A DNA stretch of 63,381 nucleotides from Bacillota bacterium. Its GTDB lineage: Bacteria; Bacillota; Bacilli; Paenibacillales; Paenibacillaceae. This document shows, piece by piece, positions 30,382 to 40,899 of this stretch. Within the stretch, counting starts at the first letter, position 1, and each line of letters starts with the position of its first letter. The notes beneath the pieces are model-generated. The model was not told where the DNA came from. It made no database searches and was given only the letters and a program-made list of their open reading frames with translations. Where the stretch lies: positions 1 to 63,381 of the forward strand of contig JAEZZE010000314.1 in the NCBI GenBank assembly GCA_023418755.1, read 5' to 3'. The translations under genes and the position numbers were made by a program.

Positions 30382-31821
30382 TCAGGATACGGCAATGTCG
30401 ATTCCGACGACCCCGACCGGCGACCCGTCGCTCCCGCGCAGCGGCATCGACACGGTCAGGCAAGGTTTTTTCGTTATCGCGGACAAGTACGCCTCCGAGA
30501 CGAACGTCTCTCCCTCGATCGCCTTCTTCCACCAATCGCGTCCTCTGGCGTTGAGCAATCCGGCGGAGGGCTCGGAAAATACGAACGATCCGTCGCCGCG
30601 ATTGGACCAGATCGCCTCCATGCCGGGGGAGCTCCGCAGCCATCCCCCCAGCACGCGGCGGTGCGCCTCTTCGGACATCGCCGAAAGCTCGGAGTCGGAG
30701 ACGATCGAACGCAGCAACTCGGTCCACTTCGCCGTATCCGCCGCGACCGCCCCTTCCCATGCGCGCCCTCCGGCGTTCTGAACGGCGGTTACGAGCTCGT
30801 CGGAGGACTCCCTGAGCTCTTGGGACACCCGAGCCAGGCTGGCGATTTCCGCCCGCTGCCGAACGTTTCGCGCCAGCGTCTCGTCGACGCTGCCCAGCGT
30901 AATGCCGACGGCTTCCACGACATCCTCGAGCAGCGAGCTTGTAGCCGTCGTTCGTTCGGCTTGCACGACCGCGTGCTCCAACGTTTTGCCGACGTGTTCG
31001 TTCACCCCGAGAAAGGAAGTAAAGATGACGTCCATCCGCTCTCGCGTCTTATTCATTTCCTCTAATCCAAGCGTTACGGACTTTTTTTCCCCTTCCACCG
31101 AAACGACGACCTCCCGAATGCCCGTTTCGATGTTTTGTACGATTTCCGTCGAATGCTTGATCGCTTGGGCGCTTTGTTCCGCCAGTTTGCGGATCTCCCG
31201 GGCGACGACGGCGAATCCGCGTCCGTTCTCGCCCGCGTGGGCCGCTTCGATCGCGGCGTTCAGGGCCAGCAGCGACGTTCGGGAGACGATCTCCTGGATC
31301 CAGGCGTTAATCTCCTCGATTTTAGACGCTTGGGCGATCAAGGCGTTTACCCGCTCCTCCATCGTCCCGTGATTGCGGGACAAGTCGTTCATCACCTCGT
31401 CCGTATGCGTCAAGGATCGGCACACTTCGACGACGACGTCCCGCGCCCTTTCGCTTTGCGCGCTCAGCTTCTCGGTAACGCTTCGAATCTCGCGGGAGGA
31501 AGCGGACATTTCCTGAAGCGAGGAGAACGCTTCCTCCAGCCGAAGCCTCGCGGTTTTGGCGCGCGCCCTTAGCTTTTCCTCCTGGTTCGCGGCCCGGTCG
31601 GCGATCCCGTCAAGCTGGCCGATGCTGGAGTCCACTTCCGATACCGCGGCCTGCAGACGATCCGCGATGACGACCGCTTCCTCGATCATCCGTCGGAGCG
31701 CCTCCGGATTCGCTGCCGTTCCGAGCTCGGCAGCTCCCGGCCCAGTGGCAGACTTCCTCACCTCGCGCCCTCTTTTCCTCTCGCGTTTGCTCCAGCTTCG
31801 CCAACCCCTCATTTTCGCCAC
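30382..31821 (-). CDS. Soluble methyl-accepting chemotaxis protein with C-terminal Cache/PDC-like domain
   Basis: [33 protein letters not shown]; no TM; C-terminal [24 protein letters not shown]...GVVGIDI. Start codon uncertain. Confidence 0.9.
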   Translation of the reverse strand: MAKMRGWRSWSKRERKRGREVRKSATGPGAAELGTAANPEALRRMIEEAVVIADRLQAAVSEVDSSIGQLDGIADRAANQEEKLRARAKTARLRLEEAFSSLQEMSASSREIRSVTEKLSAQSERARDVVVEVCRSLTHTDEVMNDLSRNHGTMEERVNALIAQASKIEEINAWIQEIVSRTSLLALNAAIEAAHAGENGRGFAVVAREIRKLAEQSAQAIKHSTEIVQNIETGIREVVVSVEGEKKSVTLGLEEMNKTRERMDVIFTSFLGVNEHVGKTLEHAVVQAERTTATSSLLEDVVEAVGITLGSVDETLARNVRQRAEIASLARVSQELRESSDELVTAVQNAGGRAWEGAVAADTAKWTELLRSIVSDSELSAMSEEAHRRVLGGWLRSSPGMEAIWSNRGDGSFVFSEPSAGLLNARGRDWWKKAIEGETFVSEAYLSAITKKPCLTVSMPLRGSDGSPVGVVGIDIAVS

Positions 31822-31839
31822 CCCAATCTTATCCTATAG

Positions 31840-31856
31840 TGTTAGGTTTTCTAACA
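31840..31856. promoter_or_regulatory. GlnR/TnrA box abutting the MCP promoter
   Basis: Perfect TGTTA-N7-TAACA directly downstream of minus-strand TATAAT (31861-31856). Confidence 0.75.
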
Positions 31857-31971
31857 TTATATTGGATTTATCGACAAAAAGAAAGGGACCTGCGCGGTCC
31901 CTTTCCCATGATCATCCCGTATTTCTTAAAGCTTCTCGGCGTTACGGCTCTAAGAGAATGCCGCTCGCGCC

Positions 31972-32100
31972 TTAACGCTTGGAAGAATTCTTCTGAGGCG
32001 CTTTGGCGTTGGCCGCCTCGTTATTCGCATTCTGCTCCGAAGCAAACTCTTCTTGATAGGCGTTCGCGTTGCCCAGCTTCTGCTTCTTGTTCTTTGCCAC
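31972..32100 (-). CDS. Small acid-soluble spore protein-like peptide (42 aa)
   Basis: GGAGGTGA RBS and GTG; MAKNKKQKLGNANAYQEEFASEQNANNEAANAKAPQKNSSKR with EFASE (GPR site of gamma-SASP); SigG-like CATA-N18-CATGCTA upstream. Confidence 0.75.
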   Translation of the reverse strand: MAKNKKQKLGNANAYQEEFASEQNANNEAANAKAPQKNSSKR

Positions 32101-32145
32101 TGTCTCCCTCACCTCCACCCATAGCATGGACAGAGGAAGTTGGGT

Positions 32146-32667
32146 TTATGTATGCCTGTTCTCGTCGTCGGCTTGCGTTCTGAGCCTGGCCTTGCCTCTA
32201 TGAATACGCGCCTTGACCGTGCCGATCGGCAAGTCCAGCGCCGCTGCGATTTCGGCATCCTTCAGCCCGTAATAAAACTTGTAAAGCAACAGCGTTCTTG
32301 TCGTCGGATCCAACCGTCCGAGCAGATCGGTCAGTTCCGTCATCGATTCCGGCTCGAAGGCGAACATCGGGCTGGCAAGCTCGTTCTCCAGATCTTCGTA
32401 GTTGGCTTCGTGCCGTCTGGCGCGGTTCGCATTCGAAGCGAGATTGTAGGCGATCGCTTTCGCCCAGGGAATCAGCTTCTCCTTGTCCCTTAACGTGGAC
32501 CTCTTCTCCAAAATGCGCACCCAGGCCTCCTGCACGACATCCACCGCGTCGCCTTTATGCAGCAGCTTATGGCGAACGACCTTTAACATCTGGGAATAAA
32601 GCTCGGCCAACACTTCGTCTTCCGACCGAAAAGATTCCGGCAATTGAGAATCGCGGAGGAAGTTCAT
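32146..32667 (-). CDS. ECF-type RNA polymerase sigma factor
   Basis: DAVDVVQEAW region 2; EIAAALDLPIGTVKARIHRG region 4. Confidence 0.9.
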   Translation of the reverse strand: MNFLRDSQLPESFRSEDEVLAELYSQMLKVVRHKLLHKGDAVDVVQEAWVRILEKRSTLRDKEKLIPWAKAIAYNLASNANRARRHEANYEDLENELASPMFAFEPESMTELTDLLGRLDPTTRTLLLYKFYYGLKDAEIAAALDLPIGTVKARIHRGKARLRTQADDENRHT

Positions 32668-32794
32668 GGTTCCAGCCACCCCTAAACGGTGCGATATTGA
32701 AGCATTCCTATTCTATCATAACCGCGATAAAAAGAGAATATTTTACATTTTGTAGGAATTTACCGACAGACGTCCTCACGGCTGCTCTAGGCGC

Positions 32795-33010
32795 AAAAGC
32801 CGTCCCGTAAGCAGGCTTGAGATGATCGATAGACCAAGTAGGGGCATGTACCTCTTGGAGACTGCCTCATACGCTCCTGAAATCACCTTGTCACGGGTTT
32901 ACCCATTCGGATTTCAGGGGCGTATAGCATCGGAAGGAGGTACATACCCCTTGCGCCTTGTTCATCGATTATCTTTCAAAGCAACTTGGATGGCTTACGG
33001 GACGGCCCTT
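32795..33010. other. ~210-nt rod-like inverted repeat (thrS terminator stem enclosing a nested hairpin element)
   Basis: GCCGTCCCGTAAGC (32799-32812) pairs with GCTTACGGGACGGC (32993-33006); inner stems AGATGATCGAT/ATCGATTATCT, AGGGGCATGTACCTC/GAGGTACATACCCCT, TACGCTCCTGAAATC/GATTTCAGGGGCGTA. Confidence 0.8.
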
Positions 33011-33022
33011 TCCCGAAATCTA

Positions 33023-34963
33023 TCAATCGGTCCGTTTGGTCGTAATTTCTTCGGTAATGCGGGCAATGAAATCCTCGACCGATTGGGCGCCGAGATCCCC
33101 TTCCCCGCGGCGCCGCACGGATACGGTGCCGCTCGCGGACTCCTGCTCGCCGATGACGAGCATGTAAGGAATCTTCTCAAGCTGCGCCTCGCGGATTTTA
33201 TAGCCGAGCTTCTCGTTGCGCAAATCCGCTTCGACGCGGACGCCGGCGAGCTGAAGTTTCTCTTCAACCTGTTTCACGTAAGGCTCGTACACCGGGTTGA
33301 CCGGGATCAGCTTCGCTTGGACCGGGCAAAGCCAGAGCGGAAGCGCGCCGGCGAAGTTTTCCAGCAGGAACGCGGTCATGCGCTCCATCGTGCTGATAAT
33401 GCCGCGGTGAATGACGACGGGGCGGTGCTTCTTGCCGTCGTCGCCGACGTATTCGAGCTGGAACCGCTCGGGCAGCAGAACGTCCAATTGGGCGGTCGAC
33501 AGGGTCTCTTCCTTGCCCAAGGCCGTCTTGATCTGCACGTCCAGCTTCGGCCCGTAGAACGCGGCTTCTCCTTCGGCTTCGAAGAACGGCAGGCCGAGCT
33601 CTTCGACGACTTCGCGCAGCATCCGCTGGGAAGTTTCCCACATCTCGTCGTCCGGCCAATATTTCTCGGTATCCTTCGGATCGCGGTAAGACAGGCGGAA
33701 GCGGTACTCCTTGATACCGAAGTCCTCGTACACCTGGCGGATAAGGTTTACGACCCGCGTGAATTCCTCCTTGATCTGGTCCGGACGGCAAAATATATGG
33801 GCGTCGTTCAAAGTCATCGCGCGCACCCGGTGCAAGCCCGTCAGCGCCCCGGACATCTCGTAGCGGTGCATCGTGCCGAGCTCCGCGATCCGGATCGGCA
33901 GGTCGCGATAGCTTCTCATGTCGCTCTTGTACACCATCATATGATGCGGGCAGTTCATCGGACGGAGCACAAGCTCCTCGTTGTCCAGCTCCATTTTCGG
34001 AAACATATCCTCTTGATAATGCTCCCAGTGCCCGGAAATTTTATACAGCTCCACATTGGCCAGAACCGGCGTATAGACGTGAGTGTATCCGAGCTTCTCC
34101 TCCAGGTCCACGATATACCGTTCCAGCGTCCGGCGCAGCTTCGCTCCATACGGAAGCCAGAGCGGCAGGCCTTGGCCGACCTCGCGGGAAAACGAGAACA
34201 TTTTCAGCTCGCGACCCAGCTTGCGGTGATCGCGTTTTTTCGCTTCCTCCAGGAAGTGCAAATGCTCGTCCAGCTCCGCCTTTTTGGCGAATGCCGTGCC
34301 GTAAATCCGCTGCAGCATTTTATTCTTGCTGTCGCCTCGCCAATAAGCGCCCGCCACGCTAAGCAGCTTAAACGATTTGATGCGCCCGGTGGACGGAAGA
34401 TGCGGTCCGCGGCACAGATCGAAGAACTCGCCCTGGTCGTAGATCGTAATGGAGACGCCCTCCGGAAGGTCGCGAATCAGCTCCAGCTTCAGCGGATCTT
34501 GGATTTCTCCGAAAATGCGGAGCGCCTCTTCGCGGCTTACCTCGCGCCGAACGATCGGCAAATTTTCCTTGACGATCTTCTCCATTTCCTTCTCGATCGC
34601 CGGCAGATCCTCCGGCGTAATCGACTGTTCCATGTCGATATCGTAGTAGAAACCGTCTTCGATAACCGGTCCGATGCCGAGCTTGACCTTGTCCGCTCCG
34701 TACACCCGTTTCAGCGCTTGTGCGAGCAAATGGGCGGTGCTGTGCCGCATGACCTCCAGGCCTTCCGCGTTATCGAGCGTCACGATTTCGAGGTCGGCGT
34801 CGCGCTCGATCGGCGTGTTCAGGTCCACGACCTTTCCGTCCACCTTGCCGACGACCGCCGCCTTCCTTAGTCCCGGGCTAATCGATTGCGCCACTTCTTC
34901 GACAGTAACGCCCGCCTCGTAAGAGCGCACGGCACCGTCCGGCAATTTTACCTGTACTGACAT
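33023..34963 (-). CDS. thrS: Threonine--tRNA ligase
   Basis: RHSTAH, DLCRGPH, RDHRKLG, PMNCP, HRYE, AFYGPK. Confidence 0.98.
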   Translation of the reverse strand: MSVQVKLPDGAVRSYEAGVTVEEVAQSISPGLRKAAVVGKVDGKVVDLNTPIERDADLEIVTLDNAEGLEVMRHSTAHLLAQALKRVYGADKVKLGIGPVIEDGFYYDIDMEQSITPEDLPAIEKEMEKIVKENLPIVRREVSREEALRIFGEIQDPLKLELIRDLPEGVSITIYDQGEFFDLCRGPHLPSTGRIKSFKLLSVAGAYWRGDSKNKMLQRIYGTAFAKKAELDEHLHFLEEAKKRDHRKLGRELKMFSFSREVGQGLPLWLPYGAKLRRTLERYIVDLEEKLGYTHVYTPVLANVELYKISGHWEHYQEDMFPKMELDNEELVLRPMNCPHHMMVYKSDMRSYRDLPIRIAELGTMHRYEMSGALTGLHRVRAMTLNDAHIFCRPDQIKEEFTRVVNLIRQVYEDFGIKEYRFRLSYRDPKDTEKYWPDDEMWETSQRMLREVVEELGLPFFEAEGEAAFYGPKLDVQIKTALGKEETLSTAQLDVLLPERFQLEYVGDDGKKHRPVVIHRGIISTMERMTAFLLENFAGALPLWLCPVQAKLIPVNPVYEPYVKQVEEKLQLAGVRVEADLRNEKLGYKIREAQLEKIPYMLVIGEQESASGTVSVRRRGEGDLGAQSVEDFIARITEEITTKRTD

Positions 34964-34989
34964 TTTCGTATGCCTCCTTCGTCTTGTCG

Positions 34990-35270
34990 GGGGAAACAAA
35001 AAAAGCACCTCGTCCCAAAAGGGACGGGTGCTCCGTATGCGGCCCGTGGTTCCACCCTCCGTCAACCGGCGATTGCGCCGATCCTCTGGCATGAATTTAA
35101 CGGTCATGACCCGGCAGAAAATACTAGGACGGCCGACAGGTGCCGTTCGTTTCCTTCCTGCAGCTCGAAAGGGGTATCCGTCTGGCGGTAGCGGAAGGAA
35201 CTTGCAGCCTCGGGTTCCTCTCTCTGGACCGTCCGGTTCAGACGTCGTTGTCTTTCTCGTCGCTTTTGGA
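34990..35270 (-). ncRNA. T-box riboswitch (Thr)
   Basis: Minus strand AGGGTGGAACCACGG T-box sequence, AGAGA and GCTG stem I motifs, ACC specifier, terminator GCACCCGTCCC-TTTT-GGGACGAGGTGC-T7. Confidence 0.92.
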
Positions 35271-35332
35271 TTGTGGATTCATACCGTTCATTATATCGAT
35301 TGCCGCGGTAATCCGTCAAGCTCATCCCCTCC

Positions 35333-36232
35333 CTAATGAACGGGCAGCTTGGGATATACCGCCGCGCGGTCTCCGAAGATGCCGATGATCGTGCGAATGA
35401 CTTGGGATTCCGGTTCCGGCGTATGAATATACAGCTGGCGGGGCGACGCGGCGAGCAATCGGCTTACGACCAGGCTCTCCTCCTCCGCCTCGCTCCGACT
35501 TTCCGGCTTGCCGGAGTCCGGCCGGCCGAACGCCTCGGGGTCGGTTTCGCCATCCTGATCGAGCGGCCTCATCTCTTCGTCCAGCAAGCGAAAAGCATGC
35601 CCGCCCGAATGAAGCACGTGGATCGTAGACGTTCGCGTCTCCTGCCATTCCACCATCGACTTGAGCAACGACATGAATTCCTGATATTGGCGCTCCATCA
35701 TTCTTTCCTCGATCGCGGCTTCCGCGGCCTCCTTCACTTCGGCCCCGTAGTCGCGAAGGCGGAATCGCAGGAAGCCCTCCAGGTTTAATCGTTCGTGCTC
35801 CTCCAAGTAGCGCGAGAACTTGGCCGCCAGCTTCTGCAGCCGACGCTCCCGCCCCCGGCCCATCCAGCCGCCGGTCTCCGGTTCGCCGTCCAGCAGCGAC
35901 ACGGCTTCCGCGATCAGCGCGTCGGTCTCCATCTCGTCCCGCAACCCGAATTTCGATCGAAACAGCTTTCTTAGCAAGGAGGGCTCTTGCTCGGAGAGCG
36001 TATATTCCGCCAGCACTTTGCCAACGCGATCGCATGAATGTTTCCTGCCTTGAGGGCCGGGCCCGACCGGAAATTGACAGCGAATGAAGCCGTCTTCCTG
36101 GCTTAGCTCCCACTGCAAGCTGTCCACCGGATTTTTCGCGTCGACGAACGTGCGGCTCAGCATGCCGGCCAACCGTTCCAACGAAGGAGGATCGCTCGCG
36201 TAGGCCACGACGAATTCCATCTTCTTCTTCAA
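35333..36232 (-). CDS. ytxC: Putative sporulation protein YtxC
   Basis: LEGFLRFRL..Y; EREYQEF-like ERQYQEFMSLLK; L...SP; lies upstream of thrS as in Bacillus; SigE-like promoter near 36265-36295. Confidence 0.85.
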   Translation of the reverse strand: MKKKMEFVVAYASDPPSLERLAGMLSRTFVDAKNPVDSLQWELSQEDGFIRCQFPVGPGPQGRKHSCDRVGKVLAEYTLSEQEPSLLRKLFRSKFGLRDEMETDALIAEAVSLLDGEPETGGWMGRGRERRLQKLAAKFSRYLEEHERLNLEGFLRFRLRDYGAEVKEAAEAAIEERMMERQYQEFMSLLKSMVEWQETRTSTIHVLHSGGHAFRLLDEEMRPLDQDGETDPEAFGRPDSGKPESRSEAEEESLVVSRLLAASPRQLYIHTPEPESQVIRTIIGIFGDRAAVYPKLPVH

Positions 36233-36350
36233 CTCCCCGCCTCCATCCTTCCGACTCGTTAATTAACTATATGGTGGCCTAAAAAGGGATATACGATGGC
36301 TGAACGTTTATGGTATATTTTATGAAGTTTGATCGAGAGAGGACTTCCTT

Positions 36351-37451
36351 ATGTCTTTGCCACCTTTCTCCATTCGCCAAGAGCGATGGAATCGTCTGAT
36401 GCTTCAGGGCTGCTGGATCGTGTTCTTGTTATCCATCGTTCTGGAACTCCTATTTTTGCAGGTCACCCTGCTTCCGGACGCCGAATTCATCCGCCTGTAC
36501 ATCGTCCGGCCTACGGGGATCATGGGGATCGTTCTGCTCGTCGCCGAAGTCGGCATTCGTAACCTGCCCAGACATCACGATTACATCCTCATTACGACCG
36601 CAGCGTTGATGACAAGTACGATTACCTTCATCCATTCCTCCTTGGAGTATCTCCTGTTTCTTTTGTTTTTTCCGATTCTGATCAGCATTTTTTATTTCCA
36701 ATACAAGAAGCTGCTGTTCGCCATTCTGATTTCCGCCATCGCCTTCGCCGTACTGCTCGTTTCCAACCAGGAGATTTCGGAACGGATGTCGGTCGCGGGA
36801 GCGCTGACGATGGCGATCATCCTGCTCGTCTTCAGCGGCATCGGCTTCGGCATTCTCGCCAGAGGCAGAGAGGTTCTTACGCATTTGCGCAGCTCTTACG
36901 AATCCAACCAGGAGCTGCTCGTCCGCACGATCCTGATGGACAAGCTCGCGAAGACGGACGCCTTGACCGACACCTACAACCATATGGCCTACCATGAATA
37001 CAAAGACCACCTCGTCGCTCAGGCGGACGGCGGCGGACTGAAGCTGCATTTGGCGATTTTGGATATCGACAACTTCAAGAAGGTGAACGATACTTTCGGC
37101 CATAAAGCCGGGGACGCCGTCTTGCGAAAAGCAGCCTCGATTGCCAAGTCGAAAACGGGCAGCAACGATTTCGTCGCCAGATACGGGGGAGAAGAATTCG
37201 TCATCTTATTTACGGAGAAAAGCTTTCAGGAAGCGTACGATGCGATCGAGGAAATACGAACGGAGATCGCCGCGGCGGCGCACGAGGCGCTTGGAGGCAG
37301 CAACGTGACGGTCAGTATCGGCCTTAACGCCTACGAACCGGGGATGGGCAAAGAGGAGCTGTTCAGGCTGGCGGACGCGGCGCTCTACGAGGCCAAGCTG
37401 TCCGGCAAAAACCGCACCGTCATCGCGAGAGCGGAACAACTCACAGTGTGA
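36351..37451 (+). CDS. Membrane-bound diguanylate cyclase (GGDEF domain)
   Basis: About 6 TM helices; DIDNFKKVNDTFGH; RYGGEEF; no RxxD I-site. Confidence 0.93.
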   Translation: MSLPPFSIRQERWNRLMLQGCWIVFLLSIVLELLFLQVTLLPDAEFIRLYIVRPTGIMGIVLLVAEVGIRNLPRHHDYILITTAALMTSTITFIHSSLEYLLFLLFFPILISIFYFQYKKLLFAILISAIAFAVLLVSNQEISERMSVAGALTMAIILLVFSGIGFGILARGREVLTHLRSSYESNQELLVRTILMDKLAKTDALTDTYNHMAYHEYKDHLVAQADGGGLKLHLAILDIDNFKKVNDTFGHKAGDAVLRKAASIAKSKTGSNDFVARYGGEEFVILFTEKSFQEAYDAIEEIRTEIAAAAHEALGGSNVTVSIGLNAYEPGMGKEELFRLADAALYEAKLSGKNRTVIARAEQLTV

Positions 37452-37822
37452 GTTAAGACCCGTTGAGTACTTGAAGAAAGCAAGATGGAGAGATGGAATC
37501 GATGGAATCGCTGTTGCCGGAGTGCCGAACCAATAATAATCAGTATCATTATCTTAAAGATATTTGCGAAGTCTCTTGTCGGTTGGAAGTTTACTCAGGA
37601 GAATGATCCACTTTAAGAAGGCAAAACCACTAATGGTAATCTATATATTTAGCAATAAGCAATTGGAATGCTTCTCCGGACATTCATAGCTGAATCTTAG
37701 TTTAATACACTCTCAATTTCGACTGATCAGAGGCACTTACAAGCGAAGCTGCCAGTACTCCTTCAAGATGACATGAGCAATCCTAAAATCATGGCCATTA
37801 AAGCGGCTATTAAAGCGAAAAC

Positions 37823-39098
37823 GGTTAGACCCCCTAATTCCGGAGAGTTTCCTATGTAAAAATAAGCGACGTAAAGTTGCTTCATTTCTCGCAGGTTTTC
37901 AGCTGTTTGCTCATTTTACAAAAATACGGCTTCAACTCATCTGGTGTTCTCGTCTCGGTCCACGCTATTAACGAGGCGGGAGAACGTTTTCCAAGGTCTT
38001 CTATGCATCCGCCGTTCGTTGTAGAAGTCAATGTAGTTCGCTACCGTCTCGTAAGCCTCCTGAAACGTGTCGAAGTCCTCTTTGCTGAACAAATCGCGCT
38101 CCAGGGTGGCGTGAAGGGATTTCAATGGGATGATACCGGCGACTGTTCTCCAGGCAGTATTCGTGACGTGAGCACCACCTCCACCATCCGACAGGCATCC
38201 TAAGCCTCGCAGAATGAACCGAGGTGGTAACCCACGCTCGTGCGGTCGAATACATCGATCATGTCAGCAATGTAAAAGAACTGGTTATAGCCTGCCACAT
38301 ACCCGTATTTAATATCGAGCTCCCATTGCTGGTTGGAAGCCGTCACCTCGGCGTTACGCGCCAAACGGCGCGGGTAATGCGTTTTTTTGCGACGCTACGG
38401 GTGAAGAATCCCCAGCTTCTTGCAGAGACGGTACGTTTTCTTCTTATTGATGACCAAGGCGTGCTGGTTACACAAGCACTCAGTGTGCATCAGATAGCCA
38501 TAGATATGCTCCTCGCCGGCCACCAGCTCCATCAGCCACTCCTCGATCTCTCGATCTGCGCATCACTGATAATCTCGCCTGATCGGGTATACGAGTGGTT
38601 CGTCACGGGGCGGCCCTTTCGCGGTGCTGGTGCTACCGTCTCTGTGTCTTGGCTTACCGCTTGAATAGGTCGCTGTTTACGCTCGTAGTACGTTGAAGAC
38701 GAAACTCCCTCGATAGCTAGCACGGTGGCTACCGCATGTCCCTGCCCGATAAACGTCTGTGCGACGTGGAGTCGGTCGTCAAGGCAGGGTTACCCTTTTT
38801 TACGAGTTAACGCAGCACTTCGTTCTCGAGTTCCTTTTCACCGAGGGCTTTCAATGCCCGATTATACTGCTCTTCCAGTTCAGCCAGACGCTTCGCATCG
38901 TCTAACCTAACCGCTCATCGATCGTTGGAACCGCATCTTCACCGAAGGTCTCCTGATAATCCTTCACCCATTTCCGAGTTGTCTTCGGGGATACCTTATA
39001 CTTCCTCCTGATTGCGCTGTCATATTTCCCCAGTATCCCTAATCAAAATTGCACCTTATTTCCCTCAGTACGCTCCAACTTGATTAGGGGGCTTAATA
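37823..39098 (-). mobile_element. Degenerate IS3-family insertion sequence
   Basis: Imperfect terminal IRs GGTTAGACCCCCTAAT and ATTAGGGGGCTTAATA; broken transposase fragments (SSSTYYE, INKKKTYRL, WELDIKY, HATLERD...YIDFYNERRMH) with stops and frameshifts. Confidence 0.85.
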
Positions 39099-39647
39099 GA
39101 ATAAAGACCTGAGAATTCACGAGTGTTACCAAACGATCTTGATGCATTATTGTGGCATACTCGAGTCGGAAAATCGCCATGGTTCCGGTTAACAGCTGTA
39201 TTGTCATTTCTGAAAGATCATCCACATCTACATTTAATTATCTTCCGACGTATAATCTGAATCTAAAATAATCCCAATCCTATAGAAGGACTGTGTTTAT
39301 GGCCCAATGCGGTCATAGTAAGTAACGTCTTTTTTTGAGAAGTTCTATAATTTTCAAAACAACACTTGAGCCATTTTATGAAACGAGTCAACACGCATTC
39401 GTTGGAAACGATCTATCCTCTGCTTGTCAAGCTATGATCTCATTTGTTGGTCTCTGTAGAAATTTACCTAAAGCTCATACTATAATTCCAAAGAATAATG
39501 TTGATGAATGTAGGAAAAATAAGGAATATGTCGTAAATAGATGCCATTTTCACTATACCATCATACTGTTATTTATGGTAAAATTTTCATTGGTTGGAAA
39601 CGTTGCGCAACGATCAACCAAAAAAATAGGAAGGATGAATTAATAGA

Positions 39648-40490
39648 ATGAAAAAACTTATTAGCTCCTTTTTTGCGAGCCTTCTATGTATTTCTTTGAT
39701 TACCAGCGTAGCCCTCGCCGAACAAAGCGTTTCGGAATCTGAGATCAATAATTATCTTATTAACGCTGGTTATCCACAAACTACTATAGACAGGCTGGTA
39801 TACGATCAGAAAATAACCTTGTATGAAAATAATGCAATTTTCGTTACTGAAAAGTTTGTTCCTTCAAATCTAATTGAATCAAACAGCAATGTTTATCTAC
39901 CTACAGATATAACTCCACTTGCTCTAAGTAATTTTGGACATTCTATTACTGTTTCGCAAGTAACCGCTTCTTCAAGTAGCAAAGTTGCTTTTGCCGTTGA
40001 TTATAATTGGTATTGGGATTATTCCCCTGTTTGGACATTAACCGACAAATTCGGGCTAGCATGGACCGATAGTTTCAGACTGAAATCTGGAACCGCTCGG
40101 ACAGGCTATAATGTAGTCGGAACATGCGGAGGTAGATATTACCAGAAAACATATCCAGTTAGTACTTCTTTCTATAATGGTATTGATGGTATTGGATGGG
40201 ATGTTGATTTGGTGGGAATGTACCATGTTACAGATTGTCCTCCTGATAATCGTGTCCAAGTTAAGGAACATAGAGGTTGGGGGCAATTTATTATGGAAAA
40301 GGTACATGACGGAAGTAATAAATTGGTGACTTCCGCTATCAGTGCTTCTTACTTTCATAAACAAGTCGGCCTTACCGGAACTTTAGGATTTTCAGCTACC
40401 GGGCCGGCAGTAACAATTACCAATTCCATTTCTTATGATGAATCATATGCAGCTTACGAGGACTGGGATTGGGTACAAAAAACGTTCTAA
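39648..40490 (+). CDS. Secreted protein of unknown function (low GC)
   Basis: Sec signal ending ALA; acidic N-region ending ITPLA; aromatic beta-rich C-domain. Confidence 0.8.
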   Translation: MKKLISSFFASLLCISLITSVALAEQSVSESEINNYLINAGYPQTTIDRLVYDQKITLYENNAIFVTEKFVPSNLIESNSNVYLPTDITPLALSNFGHSITVSQVTASSSSKVAFAVDYNWYWDYSPVWTLTDKFGLAWTDSFRLKSGTARTGYNVVGTCGGRYYQKTYPVSTSFYNGIDGIGWDVDLVGMYHVTDCPPDNRVQVKEHRGWGQFIMEKVHDGSNKLVTSAISASYFHKQVGLTGTLGFSATGPAVTITNSISYDESYAAYEDWDWVQKTF

Positions 40491-40547
40491 GTATTCATTA
40501 AAATACCAGTATCTCAGTAAAATTCTGCTGAGATACTGGTACTTTTT

Positions 40548-40763
40548 ATGGTATTATTTTTAAACAAGAATGAAAAGAGGTGGCATGGAATGATACTTTT
40601 TTTAGGAATTCTGGGCGCAATGTTTATATTTCTTACTTTATCAGTAATTAGAATATTAATGATAGACAAACGAAGTTCTGATTTTTGGTATTTAGCCTTA
40701 ATTACTTCAATAGTTGGTGGGGGATTAATAGGAACAATTGTGATGTTAGTAATTTCTAAATAA
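40548..40763 (+). CDS. Small two-TM membrane protein
   Basis: Two hydrophobic helices; start uncertain (40548 or a downstream ATG after GAGG). Confidence 0.55.
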   Translation: MVLFLNKNEKRWHGMILFLGILGAMFIFLTLSVIRILMIDKRSSDFWYLALITSIVGGGLIGTIVMLVISK

Positions 40764-40899
40764 ATCATCAAACTCAATCATTTGCTACTACTGTTATTTT
40801 ATGGGCGTCTATAGGCGGAAGTTGAAAAGTGATAATTACTTCGTTCGAGCAGCGGGTAAAACACGCCACTGCTCTAGTATTATATCATTATTTTGAATA

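Noticed and set aside
32776..32847. 23-aa minus-strand peptide (MPLLGLSIISSLLTGRLLRLEQP) as a type I toxin within the long hairpin
   Set aside because: The GAGG is only 3 nt from the ATG, the hydrophobic run is short, and no antitoxin promoter is evident.
32822..34870. 682-aa + strand ORF and similar long antisense ORFs (16684-18066, 25067-26704, 28112-29839, 52257-54563)
   Set aside because: Shadow frames opposite well-identified genes, expected with high GC3; no recognisable motifs.
39335..39643. 102-aa ORF upstream of the secreted protein
   Set aside because: No RBS or motifs; it spans the AT-rich promoter region of 39648.
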